From: Planctomycetota bacterium | GTDB lineage: Bacteria; Planctomycetota; B15-G4; JADJEK01 | Reading direction: 5' to 3' | DNA length: 64,000 bases | NCBI GenBank assembly: GCA_044225365.1 | Contig: JBGAIQ010000006.1 | Span: 96,001 to 160,000 of the forward strand | Shown here: piece after piece, positions 1 to 8,995 of the stretch | Position numbering within the stretch: the stretch's first letter is position 1 | Layout: each line of letters opens with the position of its first letter | Program-made: the position numbers and the translations under genes | The notes under the pieces: generated by a model | The model's database searches: none | Told to the model about the DNA's origin: nothing | What the model saw: the letters and a program-made list of their open reading frames with translations, nothing else

Positions 1-82
1 GCGCCTGCTCGAAGCTCGGGCGTGGATCATCGACCCAGCGCACAGGCTCGGTTCTTGATCCAGGGATCATGGTCGCGATCAA

Positions 83-922
83 AGTTCTGAGATCGCAGGT
101 TTCATATGCCATTCGTCACGATCTCGGCGCATCGCCTGGCCAGGGGACGCGCTACCGCGAAGGTGCGCCTGCTTACCAAGCGCGATGACATCGAGCTCGT
201 CACGCTTCGGAAACGTTGTTTCCGGTGCTCGGATTCATCGACGACCTCCGCCGCTTGGACGACCTGCTCGTCCGTGACTCGCTCATCTTGATCCTAGTCT
301 GATCGGCGCGATCATCGACGAGCGGGTCGATCCGACGCCGAACGATCTGCGCGCGGGACCGCGAGTTCCACGCCGAAGTTCTGAGAGTGGAGCAGGAGTT
401 TCATATGCCATTCGTCACGATCTACGAGAAGGAAGCGGAGGAGAGGGGCATTGCCATCGGCGAGGCCCGAGGCGAGGCTCGAGGCGAAGCCCGAGGCGAA
501 GCCCGAGGCGAAGCGAAGGCGAGCTTGCTTACCAAGCGCGATGACATCGAGCGGATCCTCCAGGCGCGCTTCGGAAACGTTCCGTCTCCGGTGCTCGACA
601 GCATTCGAGGCATCGACGACCTCCGCCGCTTGGACGACCTGCTCGTCCGTGCCGCGACTCTCGACCCTCGATCTCGCGGGGCTTCACCGCCGCGCTCGTC
701 CCTACGAGAAGGACCGCCGCGCGGCGAAGCTTCGAAGCGAAGGCGAGCCTGCTTACCAAGCGCGATGACATCGAGCGGATCCTCCAGGCGCGCTTCGGAA
801 ACGTTCCGTTTCCGGTGCTCGACAGCATTCGAGGCATCGACGACCTCCGCCGCTTGGACGACCTGCTCGTCCGTGCCGCGACCTCCCTCGATCTCGCGGG
901 CTTCACCGCCGCGCTCGCCTGA
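83..922 (+). pseudogene. Fragmented, triplicated C-terminal module of an Rpn/YhgA-like (DUF4351-type tail) protein
   Basis: DREFHAEVLRVEQEFH-MPFVTIYEKEAEERG-(GEAR)n-...ILQARFGNVP...IRGIDDLRRLDDLL is typical of Rpn-family C-termini. Three copies: degenerate ~83-280, frameshifted ~357-697, and an in-frame tail 733-922 ending AATSLDLAGFTAALA*. Confidence 0.65.
459..518 (+). repeat. 12-bp tandem repeat encoding (GEAR)4-GEAK
   Basis: ggcgaggcccga/ggcgaggctcga/ggcgaagcccga/ggcgaagcccga/ggcgaagcgaag. Confidence 0.9.
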
Positions 923-1220
923 CCGCCGCGCGGCGAATTCGACGAGCGGGTCGAATCGGGCGCTCGGGCGCTCGGGCGCGGATCGGGATCGCGATCGAGC
1001 CGATCCGTTACGACCTCCGCGCGCTGTCAAACGTTGGCGCAGCCGCTTCGCAAACTCATCACGAGCCCGTGTGAGATCGTCCTCCACAAGACGGAGGACG
1101 ATCTGGAGATCGCCCATGTGGGCTCTCGTTTCGATCCGGATCTGCGTCGCCACCTCGCGATGAAGCGAGTGCTCGGAGCTCTATCCCGCGGTGCCAAGTA
1201 AGATCGCGGCGACGGAAGAC

Positions 1221-1259
1221 GCGATGGAAGAGGCGATGGAAGAGGCGATGGAAGAGGCG
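1221..1259 (+). repeat. 12-bp tandem repeat (gcgatggaagag)x3
   Basis: Three exact units upstream of dgcN. Confidence 0.9.
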
Positions 1260-1376
1260 GCTTTCGCATCGCGAGACCTCTCGAGGTCGCCTGACACGGG
1301 GAGTTCTCCCGCCCGTGTCGATTCTGCGACTGGTAGTCTTCTACGGCCTGCTCATTCCCTCCGAGAACCTCGCGCC

Positions 1377-2381
1377 GTGATCCACCCGCCCTACCTCGTC
1401 TTCCTCGGCGATGCGAAGGATCCTCTCGCGGCCAAGATGGGCATCGCGTGCGCGCAGTGGGCGCGCGAGAAGTGCGTAGGACAGATGCGCTTGCCCGGGT
1501 GCGCGGCGGATGCCGGGCTGACGGACATCACACTCGACGAAGCCCGAGCGCGCGGCGCGAAGACGTTCGTGCTCGGCGTCGTCGCGCGCGGCGGGCGACT
1601 CTCGCCGCAGTGGAATTCGATCCTCGTCGAAGCGCTCGCCCAAGGCTTCGACGTGGTGAGCGGAATGCACCAGCGTCTCGCGTCGTTCCCCGAAGTGGCG
1701 GCGGCCGCGACTCGCCACGGACGCGCGCTCTTCGACATCCGCCACACCGAGCGGGAGCTTCCGATCGCGACGGGTCGGAAGCGCAGCGGAAAGCGCCTGC
1801 TCACGGTCGGCACCGACTGCTCGTGCGGGAAGATGTTCACCACGCTTTCGATCGAGCGCGCCATGAAGGCGCGCGGAATGAAGTGCACCTTTCGCGCCAC
1901 GGGTCAGACGGGAATCCTGATCGCGGGCGACGGCATCGCGATCGATGCCGTCGTCGCCGACTTCATCGCCGGTGCGGTGGAACTGCTCGCCCCCGACAAC
2001 GCGGACGATCACTTCGATCTCATCGAAGGGCAGGGCTCGCTGTTCCATCCCTCGTATGCAGGTGTGTCGCTCGGACTCCTGCACGGTGCGCAGGCGGACG
2101 CGCTCGTGCTCTGCCACGAGCCGACGCGCAAGCACATGCGCGGGCTGCCGGGCTACGCGGTGCCGGATCTGAGACGATGCCTCGATGCGAATCTCGAGGC
2201 CGCGCGGCTCACCGCGCCGCACGTGAAGTGCGTCGGCATCAGCGTCAACTCCTCCGCCCTCGACGCTGCCGCCACCGCGCGCATCTGTTCGCAGATCGAG
2301 TCCGAGTTCGGTCTGCCCGCGCTCGATCCCGCGAAGCACGACGCGGGTCGATTCCTCGAGTTGCTCGGGAACCGCGGATGA
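1377..2381 (+). CDS. dgcN: DUF1611 family protein, D-glutamate N-acetyltransferase DgcN-like
   Basis: GTDCSCGKM, RATGQTGI, IEGQGSLFHPSY and LLHGAQ motifs. GTG 1377 (VIHPPYLVFLGD) preferred to the ORF-track start at 1191. Confidence 0.88.
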   Translation: MIHPPYLVFLGDAKDPLAAKMGIACAQWAREKCVGQMRLPGCAADAGLTDITLDEARARGAKTFVLGVVARGGRLSPQWNSILVEALAQGFDVVSGMHQRLASFPEVAAAATRHGRALFDIRHTERELPIATGRKRSGKRLLTVGTDCSCGKMFTTLSIERAMKARGMKCTFRATGQTGILIAGDGIAIDAVVADFIAGAVELLAPDNADDHFDLIEGQGSLFHPSYAGVSLGLLHGAQADALVLCHEPTRKHMRGLPGYAVPDLRRCLDANLEAARLTAPHVKCVGISVNSSALDAAATARICSQIESEFGLPALDPAKHDAGRFLELLGNRG

Positions 2382-2388
2382 GCGACCG

Positions 2389-3396
2389 ATGCTGACGATG
2401 GCGTCCGAGCGCGTCACGCTACCCCTTCGCGAGCCCTTTGCGATCTCGCGCGGCACCGTGACGCAGATCGCCGTCGTGCGCGTCACGATGCAGGATGGGA
2501 GCGCGCGCGGTCGCGGCGAGTGCCGGCCCTATCCGCGCTACGACGAGACTCCCGAATCGGTGCTCGCCGAGATCGAGAGCCAGCGAAAGGCGATCGAGAT
2601 CGATGAACCCGTCGTCTCACGAAACGATCTTCGCTCGCGTATGAAGGCCGGCGCGGCGCGCAACGCCCTCGACTGCGCGCTCGTCGATCTCGAGTGCAAG
2701 CGGAGCGGTCGCCGCGCCCACGAACTCCTCGGCCTGCCACCGACCTCGAGCTTCGTGACGGCCTTCACGATCGGCCTCGGCTCGCCCCAGAGCATGCGCG
2801 AGGCGGCGGCGCGCGCCGTGCATCGACCGCTCCTCAAGATCAAGCTCGGCGGCGAGGGCGATCTGCTTCGGGTTCGCGCGGTTCGCGATGCGGCGCCGCG
2901 AGCGACGCTGCTCGTCGATCCGAACGAAGCCTGGGGCCACGGCGAGACGGGGACGACGGCGCGACTCCAATCGATGCTCGACGCAATGCGCGACCTCGAC
3001 GTGAAGCTCGTCGAGCAGCCCCTGCATGCGTCCGCGGATGCTCTTCTGAGAACGGTTCGCCGCAGCGTTCCCGTCTGCGCGGACGAATCCGTGCATCAGA
3101 CGGCGGATCTCGCGGAACTGCGCGACCGCTACGACGCCGTGAACGTGAAGTGCGACAAGACCGGCGGGATCACCGAAGCGGTCGAACTGGCACGAGAAGC
3201 ACGACGCCTCGGATTCTCACTCATGGTCGGATGTATGCTCTCGAGCTCTCTCGCGATCGCTCCGGCATCGCTCCTCACGCCTCTCGCCGATTTCATCGAT
3301 CTCGATGGCCCCGTATGGTTGCGCGACGACATCGCGGCCGGCCTCGAGTTCACGACGACCGACGTTTCTCCTCCGACGTCCGCATTGTGGGGCTGA
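2389..3396 (+). CDS. dgcA: Dipeptide epimerase / N-acetyl-D-Glu racemase DgcA-like (enolase superfamily)
   Basis: PFAISRG, KIKLGG, DPNE, EQP, CADES and DLDGP motifs; directly follows dgcN. Confidence 0.88.
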   Translation: MLTMASERVTLPLREPFAISRGTVTQIAVVRVTMQDGSARGRGECRPYPRYDETPESVLAEIESQRKAIEIDEPVVSRNDLRSRMKAGAARNALDCALVDLECKRSGRRAHELLGLPPTSSFVTAFTIGLGSPQSMREAAARAVHRPLLKIKLGGEGDLLRVRAVRDAAPRATLLVDPNEAWGHGETGTTARLQSMLDAMRDLDVKLVEQPLHASADALLRTVRRSVPVCADESVHQTADLAELRDRYDAVNVKCDKTGGITEAVELAREARRLGFSLMVGCMLSSSLAIAPASLLTPLADFIDLDGPVWLRDDIAAGLEFTTTDVSPPTSALWG

Positions 3397-3430
3397 AATC
3401 GCTCATAGAATCCCGCGTGGAGCCCATCGC

Positions 3431-4510
3431 ATGCGTACGAGCTCGCGCCACACTCGTGCCGGTACATCGCCGGGCACGCTGATCCCGCTCTCCGGCGGCG
3501 ATCCGCCCGTCGTGAGGTCGTTCAGCTACGGTCCCGACGGAGCCGTCGAGCCGAAAGGCCTCGACGAGTCGATCGCCGAACGCGGCAAGCGCGCGGTGCT
3601 GTGGATCAACGTCGATGGCCTCGGCGATCTCGAGACGCTGAAGAAGATCGGCGGCGCGTTCGGGATGAACGACCTCTCGCTCGAGGACGTTCTCGCGCTG
3701 CATCATCGCGCCAAGATCGACCGCTACGACGGGCATCTGTTCCTACTGCTGCGGATGCCGGAGATCGGTCCCGACGGACGCATCGACACCGACCAGATCT
3801 CGCTGTTCACGGGCAGCGACTTCGTGCTGAGCTTCCAGCATCAGCACGGCGACTGCTTCGATGTGGTGCGCGAACGCATTCGCTCGGGCAAGGGCCGCAT
3901 TCGGACCTACGGCGCCGGCTACCTGCTGCACGCGCTGCTCGACGCGATCATCGACTCGTACTACCCCGTGCTCGAGAAGATCGGCGAGCGGATCGACGAG
4001 CTCGAAGACACCGTCGTCACGGACTGCCGGCCATCGCTCACTTCGGACATCCATCGCGTGCGGCGCGATCTGCTCGTGCTGCGTCGCGCGATCTGGCCAC
4101 TGCGCGAGATCTTGAACGAGCTCGTGCGCGACGAAGACACCGATCCGAAGATCGTCCCGTTCCTGCGCGATTGCTACGACCACGTCGTCGAGCTCATCGA
4201 CCTCATCGAGACCTATCGCGATCTCGCGGCAGGCCTCATGGAGGTCTACGTCTCGGTCGTTGGCAATCGGATGAACGAGATCATGAAGGTGCTCACGATC
4301 ATCGCGACGATCTTCATCCCGCTCAGCTTCATCGCGAGCGTGTACGGGATGAACTTCGACACGAGCGTTTCGCCGTTCAACATGCCGGAGCTGCATTGGC
4401 GCTACGGATACGTCGCCGTGCTCCTCGTGATGGCGACTGCCGCAGGCGGCATGCTGTACTGGTTCCACAAACGGGGTTGGCTCGTGGACGCGAAGAGCGA
4501 GGACAAGTGA
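3431..4510 (+). CDS. corA: Magnesium/cobalt transporter CorA
   Basis: WINVDG, MNEIMKVLT, GMN signature (YGMNF), MPELHWRYGY, two C-terminal TM helices. Confidence 0.95.
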   Translation: MRTSSRHTRAGTSPGTLIPLSGGDPPVVRSFSYGPDGAVEPKGLDESIAERGKRAVLWINVDGLGDLETLKKIGGAFGMNDLSLEDVLALHHRAKIDRYDGHLFLLLRMPEIGPDGRIDTDQISLFTGSDFVLSFQHQHGDCFDVVRERIRSGKGRIRTYGAGYLLHALLDAIIDSYYPVLEKIGERIDELEDTVVTDCRPSLTSDIHRVRRDLLVLRRAIWPLREILNELVRDEDTDPKIVPFLRDCYDHVVELIDLIETYRDLAAGLMEVYVSVVGNRMNEIMKVLTIIATIFIPLSFIASVYGMNFDTSVSPFNMPELHWRYGYVAVLLVMATAAGGMLYWFHKRGWLVDAKSEDK

Positions 4511-5904
4511 AGAACTCCGATCGACGAAGTTCGAGGTCGCGCGGCACGTCGCGCCGAAACCTCCTGAAGGGCGCCGCGGGGGCCGCCAGTGTGCTCGCCG
4601 CGCCCGGCCTCATGTCGTGCGGAAAGACCGGCAACAAGTCCTACACGGGCGGCCCTCCGAACATCGTGCTGCTGCTCGCGGACGACTTCGGGATCGATGC
4701 CGTGACCTGTTATGGCGCGGAACACACCACGACTCCTCGCATCGACCGCATGGCGAAGGAAGGCCTGCGATTCGGGAACTGCTATGCGACGCCGCTCTGT
4801 TCGCCGTCGCGCGTCGAGCTGCTCACGGGCCTCTATCCGTTCCGCACCGGTTGGACGCGCAACATCCTGCATCGCGTCGACGATCCCGATCGGACCGATC
4901 GGCCAGCGTTCCTCGATCCCTCGACGCATACGTTCGCGACCGAGTTGCGCGCCGCGGGTTACAAGACGTGTGTCGCCGGGAAATGGCAGCTCTGCTACTT
5001 CGACGAATATCCCGACCACTGCAAGCAGCTCGGCTTCGACGAGTACTGCTGTTGGCTCTGGCAGGTGTTCGACGCCGAACACAACACGTGGACGCACACG
5101 TCGCGTTACTGGTTGCCCGCGATCTACGAGAACGGAGTGCGCAAGCGAGGCATCGTCGGTCGCTACGGACCCGACGTCCACTGCGATTACTTGATCGACT
5201 TCATGCGACGCAACAAGGAAGGCCCGTTCCTTGCCTATGCGCCGATCGTGCTGCCGCACGAGCCGTATCAGGACACTCCCGAACAGGTCGATCCCGCGAC
5301 GGTCACGACCGAGCCGCAGGAGAACGACACGACGCACTATCGGAACATGGTCACCTACATGGATTCGATCATCGGTCGAATCCTCGATGCGCTCGTCGAA
5401 CTCGGAATCGAACGCAACACGCTCGTGTTGTTCACGAGCGACAACGGCACGCCTCCCGACATCACGGTGCGATTCCGCGGCGTGACTCGGCAAGGCGCGA
5501 AGGGCAAGTTGAGTGAGGCGGGAAGCCGCGTTCCCTTGATCGCGTGGTGGCCCGGCGTGATCGAACCCGGGCGCGGCACGACCCATCTCGTCGACTTCAC
5601 CGACTTCATGCCGACGTTCTCGCATCTCGCCACCGGCAAGATCGGCAATCCCGGAGGCAAGAAGCTCGACGGCCACTCCTTCGTTCCCGTCCTGAAGGGC
5701 GCCAAGGTCGGCACTCGCGAGTTCGCGTTCTCGATGCTCGGCGACGCCCGCTTCGTCCGCGGCCCTCAATACAAGCTCTACGACGACGGCCGGATGTTCG
5801 ACGTGCTCGCCGACCCGGACGAGCACACCGACCTGGAAAGCGACCCAAAGCTGACCGCTCAGAAGTCGAAGCTGAAGGATGCCTTCGCCAAGATCACGTC
5901 GTAG
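4507..5904 (+). CDS. Formylglycine-dependent sulfatase with Tat signal
   Basis: SRRNLLK Tat motif, PNIVLLLADD, LCSPSR (CxPxR), GKW, FTSDNG. GTG overlaps the corA stop. Confidence 0.92.
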   Translation: MKNSDRRSSRSRGTSRRNLLKGAAGAASVLAAPGLMSCGKTGNKSYTGGPPNIVLLLADDFGIDAVTCYGAEHTTTPRIDRMAKEGLRFGNCYATPLCSPSRVELLTGLYPFRTGWTRNILHRVDDPDRTDRPAFLDPSTHTFATELRAAGYKTCVAGKWQLCYFDEYPDHCKQLGFDEYCCWLWQVFDAEHNTWTHTSRYWLPAIYENGVRKRGIVGRYGPDVHCDYLIDFMRRNKEGPFLAYAPIVLPHEPYQDTPEQVDPATVTTEPQENDTTHYRNMVTYMDSIIGRILDALVELGIERNTLVLFTSDNGTPPDITVRFRGVTRQGAKGKLSEAGSRVPLIAWWPGVIEPGRGTTHLVDFTDFMPTFSHLATGKIGNPGGKKLDGHSFVPVLKGAKVGTREFAFSMLGDARFVRGPQYKLYDDGRMFDVLADPDEHTDLESDPKLTAQKSKLKDAFAKITS

Positions 5905-5939
5905 AGAACGGCGACCGCCGCAGACCGCCGCTTCTTCCG

Positions 5940-6004
5940 TCCGGACCGCCGCGCTCCAGCGCGGCTCTTCTCTTCCGGACCGCCGCGCTCCAGCGCGGCT
6001 CTTC
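5940..6004 (+). repeat. Tandem pair of 31-bp REP-like hairpin units (family B)
   Basis: tccggaccgccgcgctccagcgcggctcttc at 5940-5970 and 5974-6004, each containing the palindrome gccgcgct-cc-agcgcggc. Confidence 0.85.
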
Positions 6005-6066
6005 ATCTACCCCGTGCCCCGCCTCGGTGCGCCCCGACCGTCGCGGCGCACGGCAAATCCAACGCC

Positions 6067-6090
6067 GGGCAGACAGCCGTCTGCCCCTAC
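6067..6090 (-). repeat. GTAG-type REP-like element (family A)
   Basis: GTAG-GGGCAGAC-GGCT-GTCTGCCC on the minus strand; its TAG is the stop of the 6087-6884 gene. Confidence 0.75.
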
Positions 6091-6884
6091 GAAATCGTGG
6101 GGGTCGACGGCGGCGAGTTGCGCAGCACGATCAACGTCAGCCGCTCAAGGGCCGACTTCCAGAACTGCTTCATCCGATTCGCCGCGTCTTCGTCCTTCAG
6201 CTTCGAATGCTGAACGGCGACCGAGGCGCGCGTCTCACCTTTCGAAAACAGCATCACCTCGACGGGCGTGTTGTCGGCCCACGCGAGGCGCAGGCTGCGA
6301 TCCGGCTGCGCCTTCTTGATCGTCACCGGATCGGAGAGCCATCGCTTGCGGATCGTCTCGTCGAAGAACGCCGCGTAGATGCGCGACACCGACACTTCGA
6401 TGATCTTGCTCGCGCCGATCTGGAATCCATCGGGCCGTTCATGCTTCACGCGCAGGCCGCGCGCCTGTTCGTACGCGACCGTGATCATCTGACCCCACCA
6501 GTCGGGGTTCTTCAGCTCGGGCGCGACGAGGGTCACGATCCCTCGGTGATCGAGCGTCGCAGCGTTCTTGCTATCGAGCAGTTCGAACCACTCCGCCCAT
6601 CCGCGGCCGGTCGCCTTCATCACGGCGTCGTTCGAGATGCCGCCTGCGGACTCGACTGTGGCTTTGGGGGTCGACGCGACCGGCGCTTTCTTCGCGGGCT
6701 TCGCCGCCTTCGCGGGAGCCGGGGCAGCCTTCGGCGGGCTGGACGGCGCCTTCGGAGCCGCTTTCGCCGCCTTCTTCACCGGCTTGGAAGTCGCCTTCGG
6801 CTTCGCAACGGCTTTCTTCGTCCCCTTCGCGGCAGGCTTTGCCTTGCTGGACGACTTCGCAACGGGCTTCTTCTTCACGGCCAT
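6087..6884 (-). CDS. Hypothetical protein: Lys/Ala/Pro-rich histone-H1-like N-terminus plus DUF4287-like/SRPBCC-like domains
   Basis: About 75 aa of K/A/P low complexity, then ISNDAVMKATGRGWAEWF...WWGQMITVAYEQARG. Confidence 0.75.
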   Translation of the reverse strand: MAVKKKPVAKSSSKAKPAAKGTKKAVAKPKATSKPVKKAAKAAPKAPSSPPKAAPAPAKAAKPAKKAPVASTPKATVESAGGISNDAVMKATGRGWAEWFELLDSKNAATLDHRGIVTLVAPELKNPDWWGQMITVAYEQARGLRVKHERPDGFQIGASKIIEVSVSRIYAAFFDETIRKRWLSDPVTIKKAQPDRSLRLAWADNTPVEVMLFSKGETRASVAVQHSKLKDEDAANRMKQFWKSALERLTLIVLRNSPPSTPTIS

Positions 6885-7148
6885 CCGTCAGCTCCTCACC
6901 ACTCGATCGACTCCAAGAGTCGCGCGCGGCGCTCCTTCCACGGGAGGAGGGCGGGCGAGTCCAAGAGGGGATCGTCGAAGCGCCCCATCCTAAGCGCTTC
7001 GTTCGCGGATTTCGCGGGTCTCGACGGCACTGCGGCGGCATTATTCGCATTCCGTGCAACTTGCGTGACGGCAGCGCGATCGGATGGGAGCGACGGGATC
7101 TCCGCGGCGCGGCGGCGCGGACGATTGGAAGGTCTCCGCAGACGACCA

Positions 7149-7418
7149 TCAACTTCTGCGAAAACGGACTCCGAGGGGATTCTGGAGCAGACCGAGATCC
7201 TGCAGGATCCCGAGTCGGCGCAGGATCACGGGCGCGAGCTCGGGGTGTTCCTCGAGGATGTCACGAAGTCCATCCTCCCCTTCCTCCTCCTGGCAGGCGA
7301 TCGCCAGCGCAACGAGTTGCCGCAGCTCGCCCGACTCGACACGCGCACCCGGGGCGCTGTGCGAGTTGGGCGCGCGCTGCTGCGCACCATCGTCGGAAGC
7401 TGGATCGAGATCGACCAT
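7149..7418 (-). CDS. Small hypothetical protein resembling the N-terminal helical segment of planctomycete Ser/Thr kinases
   Basis: LVALAIACQEEEGEDGLRDILEEHPELAPVILRRLGILQDLGLL; protein-like composition in an otherwise empty intergenic gap. Confidence 0.55.
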   Translation of the reverse strand: MVDLDPASDDGAQQRAPNSHSAPGARVESGELRQLVALAIACQEEEGEDGLRDILEEHPELAPVILRRLGILQDLGLLQNPLGVRFRRS

Positions 7419-7589
7419 GACGTGCCTGAAGAGGGAACCTTTGCCTCGTGCCGGGACGGCGAATCTGAAAGAGATCTACGAATGCCACACGCATGATCCG
7501 AGGCGATTCGAGGACGTCCCGGAGTTTCTCCGAAGGAAGGGTAGATTGCGAGAGCGATGCCGAAGCTGCCCCTCACGTCCGCGTCAGGA

Positions 7590-8849
7590 ATGAAACACGA
7601 AGCGTTTCGCGTCGCTGTGATCGGCGGCGGCCCCGCCGGCCTGATGGCGGCCACCGAACTGGGTCCGTCCTGCGCCCCGCAGAACGTCGCCATCGACCTC
7701 TACGAGTCGATGCCGTCGGTCGGTAGGAAACTCCTCGTCGCCGGAGTCGGAGGTCTGAACCTCACCCATTCCGAAGCCCTCGAGACGTTCGCTGCGCGCT
7801 ACGGTGCCGAGGCCGAGCGGTTCGAACGCTTCCTGCGCATCTTCTCGCCGACCCATCTGCGGGAGTTCGCGGCGAGGCTCGGCGTCGAGACGATGATCGG
7901 AAGCTCCGGTCGCGTGTTCCCGGTTTCGTTGAAGGCCGCTCCGCTCCTGCGATCGTGGGTCCGCGAGATGAAGCGCCTCGGAATTCGCATCCATACGCGT
8001 CATCGGCTCGTCGATCTCGCGCCTGGCCCGCGGCTGACAATTCAACACGGCGACGCGCCTCCTTTCGTCGAAACGCCCGACGCCGTCGTCCTCGCGCTCG
8101 GCGGAGCGACCTGGAGGCGGCTCGGATCGGATGGTTTGTGGACGCGCCTGCTCGCGAATCACGGCGTCGATCTCCGCCCTTTCCAGCCGTCGAATTGCGG
8201 TTTCGAGGTTGCATGGTCGCCGCACTTCAAGGATCGCTTCGAGGGCACGCCACTCAAGAACATCGCACTCGAATTCGCCGGCAAGCGAGTGCCGGGCGAA
8301 CTGGTGATCACGCGTTATGGCCTCGAGGGCGGTCCGCTCTACGCGCTCTCGAAGGAGCTCCGCAGCGCCATCGAGACGAGCGGATCGGCGCGTATAACGA
8401 TCGACCTCAAACCGGCGTGGAGCGAAGGACAGATCCGCGAACGCCTCGAACTGCCACGGGGTGGACGCTCGGTCTCCGACCACCTCAGGAAGACCCTACG
8501 ACAGGGCAACGTCGCGTTCCCGCTGCTCCGCGAGACCTCGCTCGCCGCCGATCTGAACGACTCGCGGCGCGCTGCGTCGCTCGTGAAGGCGCTTCCGCTC
8601 GTTCTGCGCGGCGTGCGCTCCCTCGACGAAGCGATCTCGAGCGCGGGCGGAGTCTCGTTCCTTGCGGTCGACGAGCACTTGATGCTGACGGCCCTGCCGG
8701 GATTCTTCGTCGCAGGCGAGATGCTCGACTACGAGCCACCGACCGGCGGGTACTTGCTGCAAGCGGCTTTCACGACCGGGGTTGTCGCTAGCCGTGGGGT
8801 GGCGGACTGGCTGCGACGCCAACGATCGGCGGATCCGCCCCAGAATTGA
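7590..8849 (+). CDS. HI0933/BaiN-family flavoprotein (TIGR03862-like)
   Basis: IGGGPAG FAD motif, GRKLLVAG, GSSGRVFP, AISSAGGV, GEMLD..PTGGYLLQ. Confidence 0.9.
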   Translation: MKHEAFRVAVIGGGPAGLMAATELGPSCAPQNVAIDLYESMPSVGRKLLVAGVGGLNLTHSEALETFAARYGAEAERFERFLRIFSPTHLREFAARLGVETMIGSSGRVFPVSLKAAPLLRSWVREMKRLGIRIHTRHRLVDLAPGPRLTIQHGDAPPFVETPDAVVLALGGATWRRLGSDGLWTRLLANHGVDLRPFQPSNCGFEVAWSPHFKDRFEGTPLKNIALEFAGKRVPGELVITRYGLEGGPLYALSKELRSAIETSGSARITIDLKPAWSEGQIRERLELPRGGRSVSDHLRKTLRQGNVAFPLLRETSLAADLNDSRRAASLVKALPLVLRGVRSLDEAISSAGGVSFLAVDEHLMLTALPGFFVAGEMLDYEPPTGGYLLQAAFTTGVVASRGVADWLRRQRSADPPQN

Positions 8850-8897
8850 GGCGAACAAAGTCAAATTCATCGACAACAAGCATAATTTCTTTCACGG

Positions 8898-8925
8898 TTG
8901 ACTCTGATTCGGTCGATTTTATTCT
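8898..8925 (+). promoter_or_regulatory. Putative sigma70 promoter of glnA
   Basis: TTGACT-N16-TATTCT in an AT-rich patch about 70 bp upstream of ATG 8996. Confidence 0.5.
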
Positions 8926-8995
8926 GTTTGAGCGATCTTGGATCTCAACGCCGAGATCTAGAGTCCACGCCACCCCAAGAGCCAGGTCAACCGCC

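Noticed and set aside
509-922. DGR template/variable repeat pair
   Set aside because: The two substitutions in the aligned core go in opposite directions (T>C and C>T), so they are not adenine-specific. No reverse transcriptase is in the window.
1034-1201. Possible 55-aa ORF (TTG start) upstream of dgcN
   Set aside because: No clear RBS or recognisable motif; cannot be supported.
3601-4506. Long N-terminal extensions given by the ORF track (sulfatase, desaturase, Clp1, cytochrome and others)
   Set aside because: They overlap upstream genes in another frame and are Arg-rich nonsense. Coupled downstream starts fit better.
5915-6004. Mini CRISPR array
   Set aside because: Only two units separated by 3 nt, no spacers and no cas genes.
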